Source: Desulfobacterales bacterium | Lineage (GTDB): Bacteria > Desulfobacterota > Desulfobacteria > Desulfobacterales > JALSRD01 | Direction of reading: 5' to 3' | NCBI GenBank assembly: GCA_026984935.1 | Contig: JALSRD010000028.1 | Span: 7,097-71,096, forward strand | DNA length: 64,000 nucleotides | In this document: positions 39,866 through 49,162 of the stretch, piece after piece | Numbering within the stretch: the first letter of the stretch is position 1 | How the letters are laid out: each line of letters starts with the position of its first letter | The notes under the pieces: generated by a model | Told to the model about the DNA's origin: nothing | What the model saw: only the letters and a program-made list of their open reading frames with translations | The model's database searches: none | Position numbers and translations under genes: made by a program

Positions 39866-40060
39866 ATGAAGGTAAAAATCGACTACGATCTGTGCATGGG
39901 AGACAAGAACTGCAACAAGGTTTGCCCCGAAGTCTTCGCCTATGACGAAGATCAGCTGGTGTCCCATGTACTGGTGGACGAAGTGCCGCCGAACCTCGAA
40001 GAACTGGTCAGGAAAGCGGCCCGTGAATGTGCGCCCGGAGCCATCATTGTCGAAGAGTAG
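39866..40060 (+). CDS. small ferredoxin
   Basis: 64 aa: MKVKIDYDLCMGDKNCNKVCPEVF...CAPGAIIVEE (CxxxxxC...CP pattern). AAGGAG lies upstream of the ATG. Confidence 0.75.
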   Translation: MKVKIDYDLCMGDKNCNKVCPEVFAYDEDQLVSHVLVDEVPPNLEELVRKAARECAPGAIIVEE

Positions 40061-40209
40061 CGCCCGAAAGGCGCAAGCCCCGCGCCCGTAAGGAACGTGC
40101 CGGGGGTATATGGAGTTTTTGAAAAACCCGGCTGTTTTGCCGGCTGGGTTTCCGGGCGTGACGGCGCCTTTTCCCAAGCCCGTTTCCCACCCATGGAGGA
40201 GAATGCCCT

Positions 40210-40779
40210 GTGAATCCCAGGCAGAACCTGCGCCAAGACCACGGGCACATCATGCAGATGCTCGTGGTATTGCATAAGGCAGTGAAGAATCCGGCCCGCC
40301 GGGCGGAATGGATCGAAAAATTCGAAGGCCTGATGGACTTCGCGCTGGTGTACATCGACAGGTGCCACCACGCCAAGGAGGAGGACATCCTGTTTCCGGC
40401 GCTGGAAAAGCAGCAAAACGCCGGCGGCGACCTGGTCTCCCGCCTGTGCCGGGAGCACCGGGACGGGCATGCATTGATCGAGGCCATACTGCAGCAGTTC
40501 AACGCGCTGAAAAGCCGTCCGGAGCTGTCTTTCGCCGAACTGACCCGCCTGTCAGAGCGCTACATAGCGCTTTACCGCAAGCATATCCGCCGGGAAAACG
40601 CCCAGCTGCTGCCGTTGATGGAAGCGTGCCTTCCCGCCGCGCGCCAGGCCCGTATCATGCAGCAGTTCCAGCGCCTCGAATCCGAGAGTATGCCTCCCAG
40701 GCAACTCAAGGCCTTTTTGGCGCTGCTGAAGCCCGCACGCGACCAGGGGCCGGCGAAGGGCACAACAGCTAAAAAATAG
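40210..40779 (+). CDS. hemerythrin-domain protein
   Basis: 189 aa with a GTG start and GGAGGAG upstream. It has H..(H/E) metal-ligand spacing (DHGHIMQM, HHAKEEDILFP, EHRDGHALIE). Confidence 0.7.
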   Translation: MNPRQNLRQDHGHIMQMLVVLHKAVKNPARRAEWIEKFEGLMDFALVYIDRCHHAKEEDILFPALEKQQNAGGDLVSRLCREHRDGHALIEAILQQFNALKSRPELSFAELTRLSERYIALYRKHIRRENAQLLPLMEACLPAARQARIMQQFQRLESESMPPRQLKAFLALLKPARDQGPAKGTTAKK

Positions 40780-40994
40780 CTAAATTCCCTTGACACCTTC
40801 ACCCGAATACTCCTATTTTGGCGCACGGAGGGCTTAAACCGCAAGCCCATCCGAGGTCCGCACGGACGCTGATGACCCGTCACGGCGCAATGCACGCATA
40901 CCGGGAGCCGGCGCATTTCCAGAACATGCGCCGGCTGCATGATGCTGTACCGCTGCAAATGGTCCTTTTGCCAACCGGAGAGAGGTGGTAACAC

Positions 40995-41177
40995 GTGCCT
41001 GAAAAAGGAAAAACCAATTCCGGGATACCGCTGAACGGTCCGCCCAGAAAGGTCAAGTTTGAAATCTACGGCGAGGAGATGATCGAAAAAAAAGTGAAAT
41101 CCAGCGGCAACAGCGGCCGGGTTTACCTTCCACCCAACTGGGTCGGCCATCATGTCAAAATCGTTCGCGTGGATTGA
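40995..41177 (+). CDS. small AbrB/DUF2080-like protein
   Basis: 60 aa. GNSGRVYLPPNWVGHHVKIVRV resembles the SpoVT/AbrB-like swapped-hairpin motif of DUF2080 proteins. GTG start. Confidence 0.5.
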   Translation: MPEKGKTNSGIPLNGPPRKVKFEIYGEEMIEKKVKSSGNSGRVYLPPNWVGHHVKIVRVD

Positions 41178-41203
41178 CCGCCGGCAACAAGGAGGATCAA
41201 GAG

Positions 41204-41638
41204 TTGAAAAATGTGTCGATCAGAAGATTAAAACCCGCGGACGGCCATGATATCGGCGAGATATATGCCGCCATCACGCAGGGTCCGATCGAGGCGGATT
41301 TCAAGCGCATCGTAGAAGACCAGGCCGGAAAACCCGAAGACGCCAGTTTCGTGGCCGAATACGAAGGCCGGGTGGTGGGATACATGATCAGTTCGATCCT
41401 GACGGGTATTTTCGGCATCAAGAAAAGCGCCTGGATCGCCATGATGGGTGTCCATCCGAAGTTCATGGGCCAGGGCATCGGGGAAAAGCTGGCCCAGGAG
41501 CTGTTCCGCTTCGCCCGCGGGCAGGGTCTCGGGGACGTCTACACATCGGTGCGCTGGGATTCCACCGACCTGCTCTCTTTCTGCAAGACCATCGGGTTCG
41601 ACCGCAGCAACTTCATCAACCTCATCCGGCGCCTGTAA
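41204..41638 (+). CDS. GNAT family N-acetyltransferase
   Basis: The acetyl-CoA-binding motif is VHPKFMGQGIGEKLAQEL. A TTG start at 41204 is preceded by AAGGAGG; the track ORF begins at 41174. Confidence 0.8.
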   Translation: MKNVSIRRLKPADGHDIGEIYAAITQGPIEADFKRIVEDQAGKPEDASFVAEYEGRVVGYMISSILTGIFGIKKSAWIAMMGVHPKFMGQGIGEKLAQELFRFARGQGLGDVYTSVRWDSTDLLSFCKTIGFDRSNFINLIRRL

Positions 41639-41666
41639 GGCTGGAATCTGTTAACCGCCGGATGCT

Positions 41667-42449
41667 TCAGCGCACAGCATCCCACAGCTGCTGTACCACC
41701 TGCTTCATCATGGCAGCGTCTTTAAGGGGTTGCGGGGATTCGCTGATGAGCGTGATGTCCGGATTTTTGGCAACCAGCGCCTCCGCCAGGGGACGGAAAA
41801 AAGTCTCGGTGGTACGGATATGGCGTTTTTCACCTTTGGGGCCGTATTCGATGCCCGAAAAATGCGCGTGGAACATTCCGGGAAGCTGCAGCAACAGATG
41901 GTTCCAGTCCAGTTTGCCCTGATGTCGGGCGAAAAGATGCGCAAAATCCACGGTCATGCCGCAACCGGTGTCCGCGGTGAGTTGGAAGAGTTCCTCCAGG
42001 GAACCGAACTGGGAGGGTTTACCGGTGGTTTCCGGACACAGCACGACATTCCAACGGTTGGCTGCGATCCGGTCCTGGAGTGCGTTTACGGCATCCCGGA
42101 TGCGCGCATAGGTTTCATGCGCCGTGCGGCCCTGGTAAAATCCGGCATGGAAGACCACGTTGCGGGCGCCCATGGCATGGGCCCGCTGGCAGGAATCGAG
42201 AATGCGCGTCCGGCTGGCCGAAAGCTTGGCCGGCTCTTCGGATGCCAGGTTGATATAGTACGGCGCATGTACGGAAAGCACGATATGGTGCCGGCGGGCC
42301 ATTTCACCCACCGCCGGCGCATCTTCGGGTTTCATGCGCACGCCGTATGTAAACTCGACCTCCATACAGTCCAGCCCCATGCGCGCAACGGCTTCGATGC
42401 CGGCCAAGTTCCCCAGGCCGCCGGACCCCGCAGGACCAATTCGAATCAT
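41667..42449 (-). CDS. sugar-phosphate isomerase/epimerase-type TIM-barrel protein (endonuclease IV-like fold)
   Basis: MIRIGPAGSGG...MEVEF...LSVHAPYYINL...NVVFHAGFY...AHFSGIEY are AP-endonuclease-2 / xylose-isomerase-like TIM motifs. The start is placed at ATG 42447-42449. Confidence 0.8.
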   Translation of the reverse strand: MIRIGPAGSGGLGNLAGIEAVARMGLDCMEVEFTYGVRMKPEDAPAVGEMARRHHIVLSVHAPYYINLASEEPAKLSASRTRILDSCQRAHAMGARNVVFHAGFYQGRTAHETYARIRDAVNALQDRIAANRWNVVLCPETTGKPSQFGSLEELFQLTADTGCGMTVDFAHLFARHQGKLDWNHLLLQLPGMFHAHFSGIEYGPKGEKRHIRTTETFFRPLAEALVAKNPDITLISESPQPLKDAAMMKQVVQQLWDAVR

Positions 42450-42783
42450 GGACACCCCCCTGGCGCTGGACTTAAACGTCCCGAAAAGACACAGTCTTGC
42501 ATGGCTTGCCCAGCCGCCGGCTTCCGGCACAGCGCCGCAACCGTCACATCAGGCCCCTCTGCTCATGCCGCATCGGCAGCTTAACAACATATTGCGGCCA
42601 GACGGTACTATTATGGCGTATCTTTGGCTGCGCATCAAGTGCCATGCCGGCACGAATCTTAATAAACACCGGCTGGCGCATTTTTAGTGAAATGAAAATC
42701 TCCCTGCAACGACACAGGAGTGGCTGCCGGGTGAAAGGCTTTGCGTCTGCAACCACCGTTGAACATTTGGAAAGGATATTTGC

Positions 42784-43794
42784 ATGAGCTGGAGGGTGGC
42801 ACCGGATATTGCTGAAATTTTAAAAAAAGGTGGGGACTTTGCCGGCGTCAGCCGCGCGGAGGCCATGGCGCTGATGCATCTGGACACGCACAGCCGGGAG
42901 GCCTACGCCCTGATGCAGACCGCCGATGCCATGTCCCGGCGGCAATTCGGCCAAAAGGGTGAAAACCACCTGCACATCGGTCTCAACGTGGCCCCCTGCC
43001 CCATGAACTGTTCGTTCTGTTCACTGTCTTCACTGGCCGGTGTTTTTACCGAACAAATCGATTTCGATCCCGACCAGGTGGTGTCCTGGGCCAAAGCCGC
43101 CCAAAAAAAATCGGCGGACGCACTGAACATCATGACCACCGGCACCTATTCTTTCGAGCGCCTTCTGGGAATCGGCCGCCTGTTAAAAAAAACGGTTGAG
43201 CTACCGCTGGTGGCCAACACGCGAGACCTCAGCCACAAAGAGGCCGAAGCCCTGCTGGATGCGGGATTCGTGGGCGCCTATCATGCCGTGCGGCTCGGGG
43301 AAGGCCGCGACACGCCGCTGAAACGCGAAAAGCGCATTCAGACCATCCAGGTGCTGAAGGACGTCGGACTTTTATGGATGAACTGCGTCGAACCGGTGGG
43401 TCCGGAACACCGCCACGAGGAGATCGTCGAGCTGATGTTTTTGGCCCGTGAACACGGCGCCGCATACAGCGGTGTGATGCGGCGCATCAACTTCGCCGGA
43501 TCGCCCATGGGCGCGCTGGGCATGATCAGTGAACTGGAGATGGCCAAGATGGTGGCGGTGTCGCGCCTGGTGATGGGCGATGTGCCCAGGGCCCACTGCA
43601 CCCACGAACCGCACAGCGCATCCCTTCTGGCCGGGGCCAATCTCTTCTTTCCGGAAGTCGGCTCCAGCCCGCGCGATGCGGCTGCAGACACCGGCAAGGG
43701 GCGCGGCCGCAGCATCGAAGCCTGCCGGCAGCTGCAGCAGGAGATGGGATGGGACCCGGACTTGCCGTCCAACTGCTTCAAACCCGCGGCATGA
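42784..43794 (+). CDS. radical SAM protein (BioB/HydE-like)
   Basis: 336 aa with the CxxxCxxC cluster motif APCPMNCSFCSL. Confidence 0.85.
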   Translation: MSWRVAPDIAEILKKGGDFAGVSRAEAMALMHLDTHSREAYALMQTADAMSRRQFGQKGENHLHIGLNVAPCPMNCSFCSLSSLAGVFTEQIDFDPDQVVSWAKAAQKKSADALNIMTTGTYSFERLLGIGRLLKKTVELPLVANTRDLSHKEAEALLDAGFVGAYHAVRLGEGRDTPLKREKRIQTIQVLKDVGLLWMNCVEPVGPEHRHEEIVELMFLAREHGAAYSGVMRRINFAGSPMGALGMISELEMAKMVAVSRLVMGDVPRAHCTHEPHSASLLAGANLFFPEVGSSPRDAAADTGKGRGRSIEACRQLQQEMGWDPDLPSNCFKPAA

Positions 43795-43976
43795 CGGCCC
43801 GGCGACCCGCCCCGGCGTGCCGCAAAAGCCGCCCGCCAGGTAAATATCCCGCCTTTGCCGTGTGTCGCGGGCACGCCTTTCCGCGCCGGCGTCGAGCGTC
43901 TCTGCGCAATCCGGCCAGATGCCCGCTGCAGACGGCGATGCCCCGATGCCCCATTGCCCTTTCGAGCGTGTCTTTC

Positions 43977-44024
43977 TTGACAGGCTAAAATTCGCGTTTA
44001 TATTATGCTCAAATGAGCATAATA
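43977..44024 (+). promoter_or_regulatory. sigma70-like promoter (TTGACA-18 nt-TATTAT) overlapped by an 11-bp perfect inverted repeat
   Basis: TTGACA lies at 43977-43982 and TATTAT at 44001-44006. The palindrome TATTATGCTCA-AA-TGAGCATAATA spans 44001-44024, followed by AGGAG and the DUF134 ATG at 44039. Confidence 0.55.
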
Positions 44025-44038
44025 GGAGTACCTGCGCC

Positions 44039-44374
44039 ATGCCGCGACCGAAAATACCCCGGTGCGTCTCGGCCTACCCGGCCGTCGAGGCTTTTGTCCC
44101 CCACGGGCAAAGCGCCGCCGGAGAGGTTGTGCTGTCGGTGGAAGAACTGGAGGCCATCCGGCTCAGCGATTTCGAACAGCTGGACCAGGAAACGGCCGCC
44201 CGCATGATGCGTGTATCGCGCCACACCTACGGCCGGATCCTTGGCAATGCGCGCCGCCAGGTGGCAGAAGCCCTGGTAACCGGCAAGGCACTGAAGATCG
44301 CGGGCGGAAATTACGAACTGCGCGGCATGGGCCGGCGACGCCGCAGAAGAGGCAGAGGAAGATGCGATGTGTAA
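44039..44374 (+). CDS. DUF134 (UPF0251) family putative DNA-binding protein
   Basis: MPRPKIPRCVSAYPAVEAFVP...LSVEELEAIRLSDFEQLDQETAARMMRVSRHTYGRIL is the typical DUF134 sequence. The tail is Arg-rich. Confidence 0.8.
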   Translation: MPRPKIPRCVSAYPAVEAFVPHGQSAAGEVVLSVEELEAIRLSDFEQLDQETAARMMRVSRHTYGRILGNARRQVAEALVTGKALKIAGGNYELRGMGRRRRRRGRGRCDV

Positions 44375-44458
44375 GATCATTTTGATCCGGCGAAATTTAC
44401 CGGCCTACAGAGAAGATAAAAGATTTGGCATGCCGAATACCAAAAGGAGGTGAGCAAC

Positions 44459-44671
44459 ATGCCCAGAGGAGATGGAACAGGGCCCCAGGGACAGGGACCC
44501 AAAACCGGAAGAGGCCTTGGTCGATGCAGACCGGGCAGCGGATCCGCCGCGCCCCGTGGTCGGGATGGTACGGGAGCCGGCAGAGGCCTGGGCCGGGGTC
44601 CGGGAGCCGGCCGCGGAGCTGGAAAAGGCCAGGGCCGAGGCGGCGGGCAGGGCCGCGGCAGGAGATCCTGA
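44459..44671 (+). CDS. DUF5320-like Gly/Arg-rich protein (short form)
   Basis: The MPRGDGTGPQGQGPKTGRGLGRC signature N-terminus is followed by RG/GR repeats. AAGGAGGTG SD. Confidence 0.65.
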   Translation: MPRGDGTGPQGQGPKTGRGLGRCRPGSGSAAPRGRDGTGAGRGLGRGPGAGRGAGKGQGRGGGQGRGRRS

Positions 44672-44725
44672 CCAATCGACCGGTCAGCGTTGAAAAAGTA
44701 TAAAAAAGTTGAAGGAGGTGGTCTC

Positions 44726-45070
44726 ATGCCCGGATTTAACAAAACAGGGCCCATGGGTGCCGGCCCCATGACCGGCGGTGCACGCGGCCGCTGCAACCCG
44801 GCAGCTGCAGGAACCCTTCCGCCCTTTGCCGGCGGTCGCGGGTACGGTCGCGGGCCGGGATGCAGACGCGGCTTCCGGGGCGGCTATGGGCGCGGGATGG
44901 GCGATGCCCGCAGATACGGCTGGTATCCTCCGGCGGCCGGGGTTGCGATGGATGCTTCCGCTGAAATCGACGTGCTCAGGGCCCAGGCGGATTACCTGAA
45001 AAGCACTCTGGATGCCGTCACCCGGCGCATCCAAGCGCTGGGCAAAAAAACTGCGGATGAAGAGCCCTGA
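44726..45070 (+). CDS. DUF5320 family protein
   Basis: MPGFNKTGPMGAGPMTGGARGRC..., followed by a Gly/Arg-rich stretch and a C-terminal coiled coil (EIDVLRAQADYLKSTLDAVTRRIQAL). GAAGGAGG SD. Confidence 0.75.
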   Translation: MPGFNKTGPMGAGPMTGGARGRCNPAAAGTLPPFAGGRGYGRGPGCRRGFRGGYGRGMGDARRYGWYPPAAGVAMDASAEIDVLRAQADYLKSTLDAVTRRIQALGKKTADEEP

Positions 45071-45112
45071 TCCGGCCGCCGCAGTCACGGGCTGCAGTTG
45101 ACGCCGGATGTG

Positions 45113-45148
45113 AAGGGGCGGCCCCGATGGCTGCCCCTTTTGCGTTTT
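45113..45148 (+). terminator. rho-independent terminator after the DUF134/DUF5320 genes
   Basis: A 9-bp stem (GGGGCGGCC-CCGAT-GGCTGCCCC) is followed by TTTTGCGTTTT. Confidence 0.7.
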
Positions 45149-45174
45149 AGGTGGGAGTTCTGATTGCTTTCATT

Positions 45175-45702
45175 TCATCTCTTAAGCGCCTTTCCCCAGA
45201 TCTCCAACAGCGGCCCGTCCTTCCCGCAAACCGGGTCCGTTTTGGGGAACGGTACGGAGCTGATATTTTTATCAGTTTGTGGCCTTTCACCGGATTTGCC
45301 GTATTGCATATCCGGTGATTGCCCTCCGGGATAGGCACCCACACAACGAAAATCCGACGATTGTTCGATGTTTTTGTGAGATACGCCTGCAGGGATGATG
45401 ATTACGTCTCCAGCCCCGGCGGATACCATTCGTCCGTCAGGTCCGCCGAACTGGGCCTTTACTCTTCCGGCATAGAGGCCCAGAACTTCATGTGCGGTAC
45501 TGTGATAGTGATGGAAGTTGTAGATGCCATTGCGCCAGGACCTTCCCCAGGCATTTGCATGAAATGTTTTTTCAATGGCGCGCACCAAATTCTTTGCTGT
45601 CGGATCAAAGACTTGCTGCATAAGGATCAGCGGCAGCGTATTGTTGTTCGGAAATATGCCGTCGTCTGGTATTATGAGGGTTCGTATACCCGGTTTGCCC
45701 AT
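45175..45702 (-). CDS. cupin-domain protein
   Basis: 175 aa with the cupin motifs HHYHSTAHEVLG and GDVIIIPAGVSH. Confidence 0.8.
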   Translation of the reverse strand: MGKPGIRTLIIPDDGIFPNNNTLPLILMQQVFDPTAKNLVRAIEKTFHANAWGRSWRNGIYNFHHYHSTAHEVLGLYAGRVKAQFGGPDGRMVSAGAGDVIIIPAGVSHKNIEQSSDFRCVGAYPGGQSPDMQYGKSGERPQTDKNISSVPFPKTDPVCGKDGPLLEIWGKALKR

Positions 45703-45706
45703 GTTA

Positions 45707-46078
45707 TCAGCCCCCGGCTATTTTGGCCGTGTAACCTTTCTCTTTGATTTTATCCAGAATGGTTTTCCGGTGATCGCCTTGTATGATGATAGCGCCGTCT
45801 TTTACGGATCCGCCGCTGCCGCATTGTTGTTTTAGATCTTTTGCGAATTGCTTCAGACCGTTATCATCGAAGGGAAGTCCGGTAATGACGGTGGCGGTTT
45901 TCCCTTTCCGCCCCTTAACCTCCCGCCTGATTCTGACTGTGCCATCATCCGGGCAACCTGACTTTATTTTCCTGGTTGTCATCGGCTTTATCTTTTTGCA
46001 TGTGCATTCGGCAGTCGGCTTTCCGCAGTTGCGGCAGATTCTGCCTGTTTCAGTTGAATATACGAGACGGCTGTGCAT
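45707..46078 (-). CDS. yciH: SUI1/eIF1-family translation initiation factor
   Basis: 123 aa: LVYSTETGRIC..C...RIRREVKGRKGKTATVITGL...LKQFAKDLKQQCGSGGSVKDG.IIIQGDHR is a canonical YciH sequence. Confidence 0.9.
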   Translation of the reverse strand: MHSRLVYSTETGRICRNCGKPTAECTCKKIKPMTTRKIKSGCPDDGTVRIRREVKGRKGKTATVITGLPFDDNGLKQFAKDLKQQCGSGGSVKDGAIIIQGDHRKTILDKIKEKGYTAKIAGG

Positions 46079-46101
46079 TTAAATGCCTCCCAAGGGCATC
46101 T

Positions 46102-46419
46102 TTACGGGCTCCGGTGGGCCAGCTTGAGGGCCAGCGGCAGTATGCCCTGCGATTTTGCTGCGGCAAACCATTTGGCCTCTTCACCCGGTGTCGATTCGAT
46201 CAGATCCTCCAGGATCTGCAATTTGTCCTTCATCGGGTATTTTTTGGCGATGTTTCGGTACCGGCCGATGACGCAGATCGTACCGTCGAAGAACCAGACC
46301 ATGTAGCGATCGAACTTGCGAAAGGTCTGGAGCGGGTGTTCAGCGGCAGCCAGGCCGTATTGACTGGCCTCGATCTGCCGGAGTACGCGTCACTGTCGGG
46401 ATAACTGATCGCTCCGCAT
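46102..46419 (-). pseudogene. SD-led 105-codon ORF interrupted by an in-frame TGA at codon 10 (nonsense pseudogene, or less likely a Sec codon)
   Basis: AAAGGAGGG lies 5 nt upstream of the ATG at 46417-46419. The translation is MRSDQLSRQ-TGA(46390-46392)-RVLRQIEASQYGLAAAEHPLQTFRKFDRYMVWFFDG...LKLAHRSP. The track lists only the Met-40 remainder (46102-46302). Confidence 0.4.
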
Positions 46420-46535
46420 GAGATCCCTCCTTTGGGCCGGGAAACGACACCAGTTCTGTTTATCCGTTATTTTGCCTCGTTTGGCAAGCCAAAACAGACG
46501 CTTAGTCCTGAATCCGCCCCTGCCGGAAAACGCAT

Positions 46536-46753
46536 CTATTGACTCCGGCGCGCCTGTGCGGTGACTGATGCCGGTATTTGACATTTAGTGATCCGTTGCC
46601 GGTCTCTTTTTGAAAGTCGCCAGATGCAGCCTACGTCTATTTGCACCAACACTGTCCCTGAGAACGCTCGTGATTCCAGCGTGGCGCTTTCACCCCGACC
46701 GCTCTGTTTGCGTGCCGGTTTGGTTCGTCCCAGATAAAGTTTGATGCTTCCAT
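46536..46753 (-). pseudogene. possible decayed BrnT/DUF497-like toxin gene (frameshifted)
   Basis: An RBS-like AAAGGTGG precedes MEASNFIWDEPNRHAN..., which resembles the F.WDE.K...N..KHG start of DUF497. A stop follows after 38 codons, and weak similarity continues in another frame (...SRAFSGTVLV...RITKCQIPAS). Confidence 0.3.
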
Positions 46754-46919
46754 GGTGCCCACCTTTCGACTGTTACATAGCGGATACCACGGGCATTGTC
46801 AGATAAGGACAAAACAAGCTTGAAAATTTTCAGGCCGGCGCAACACCATTTTGAAAATTCCGCATGCTGCAAAATTAAAAAAGGGGCACAGCAAAATTGC
46901 TATAGCCCCTTGATCTCTA

Positions 46920-46997
46920 TGGTGCGCCCGGCAGGATTTGAACCTGCGGCCTACGGATTCGTAGTCCGGCGCTCTATCCGGACTGAGCTACGGGCGC
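46920..46997 (-). tRNA. tRNA-Arg (anticodon ACG)
   Basis: The minus strand reads GCGCCCGTAGCTCAGTCCGGATAGAGCGCCGGACTACGAATCCGTAGGCCGCAGGTTCAAATCCTGCCGGGCGCACCA. It folds as a full cloverleaf with anticodon loop CTACGAA and an encoded CCA. Confidence 0.95.
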
Positions 46998-47104
46998 ATG
47001 CACGGTTTGATGGAACGGTTCATAGGCCAAATGGCCGAGGTTGTCAATGACAAGTTAACGCCCGAGTAAATTTTAATGTTGAACAAAAATCCGAATTGAC
47101 TTAA

Positions 47105-48888
<1,784 letters not shown>

Positions 48889-48923
48889 AACGGCCGGCGC
48901 GGCACATCGCAGTCAATTTTTAA

Positions 48924-48952
48924 TTGACAAAAATTTTGCGTCATCATAGATT
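48924..48952 (+). promoter_or_regulatory. candidate sigma70 promoter upstream of the tRNA-Pro remnant
   Basis: TTGACA (48924-48929), a 17-nt spacer, then TAGATT (48947-48952), about 65 nt upstream of the tRNA 5' end. Confidence 0.35.
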
Positions 48953-49018
48953 CAGGCCGTCTATGCTTTTGCCGGCCGGCAGGCGCCGGCATAAAAGCAG
49001 CAGCATTTCACCATACCT

Positions 49019-49060
49019 CGGGAAGTGGCTCAGTCTGGTAGAGCACAGCGTTCGGGACGC
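49019..49060 (+). pseudogene. truncated tRNA-Pro(CGG): 5' 42 nt only (acceptor 5' strand, D-arm, anticodon arm up to the first 3 nt of the 3' strand)
   Basis: CGGGAAG-TG-GCTC-AGTCTGGTA-GAGC-A-CAGCG-TTCGGGA-CGC, then unrelated sequence. There is no T-arm and no acceptor 3' strand (CTTCCCG) downstream. Confidence 0.75.
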
Positions 49061-49068
49061 ACACCGTC

Positions 49069-49091
49069 AAGCGGCATAAGCCGCTTTTTTT
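49069..49091 (+). terminator. rho-independent terminator directly after the tRNA fragment
   Basis: AAGCGGC-ATAA-GCCGCTT followed by TTTTT. Confidence 0.7.
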
Positions 49092-49112
49092 ATTTAATTT
49101 CGGTGCGATTTT

Positions 49113-49143
49113 TTAAAAATTTTGTCTAATGTCTCATTAGACA
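49113..49143 (-). terminator. AT-rich 9-bp inverted repeat + T-run, candidate terminator of the phage late operon (or a protein-binding site)
   Basis: The minus strand reads TGTCTAATG-AGA-CATTAGACA followed by AAATTTTTAAAAAA. It lies 20 nt past the last phage ORF stop. Confidence 0.4.
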
Positions 49144-49162
49144 CAGCGGCGTGCAAATCCGG

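Noticed and set aside
40786-40994. ~190-nt leader between a TTGACA...TATTTT promoter-like element and the DUF2080-like gene, containing several GC hairpins; considered as a riboswitch
   Set aside because: I could not match it to the conserved cores of any riboswitch class I know (c-di-GMP, SAM, TPP, cobalamin, purine, glycine). The downstream genes (AbrB-like, GNAT) give no ligand hint. It needs an Rfam/Infernal scan before any claim.
44377-44796. 139-aa minus-strand ORF and several 70-107-aa ORFs overlapping the DUF5320 genes
   Set aside because: They are off-frame or antisense readings of the Gly/Arg-rich coding repeats. The plus-strand genes have strong SDs and the family signature MP(R/G)...TGP.
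49061-49091. Hairpin after the tRNA-Pro fragment, considered as a possible T-arm of an unusual but intact tRNA
   Set aside because: The stem is 7 bp with a 4-nt loop followed by a T-run, which is terminator geometry. The TTCGAATCC-type T-loop is absent, and no sequence complementary to the acceptor 5' strand (CGGGAAG) follows.
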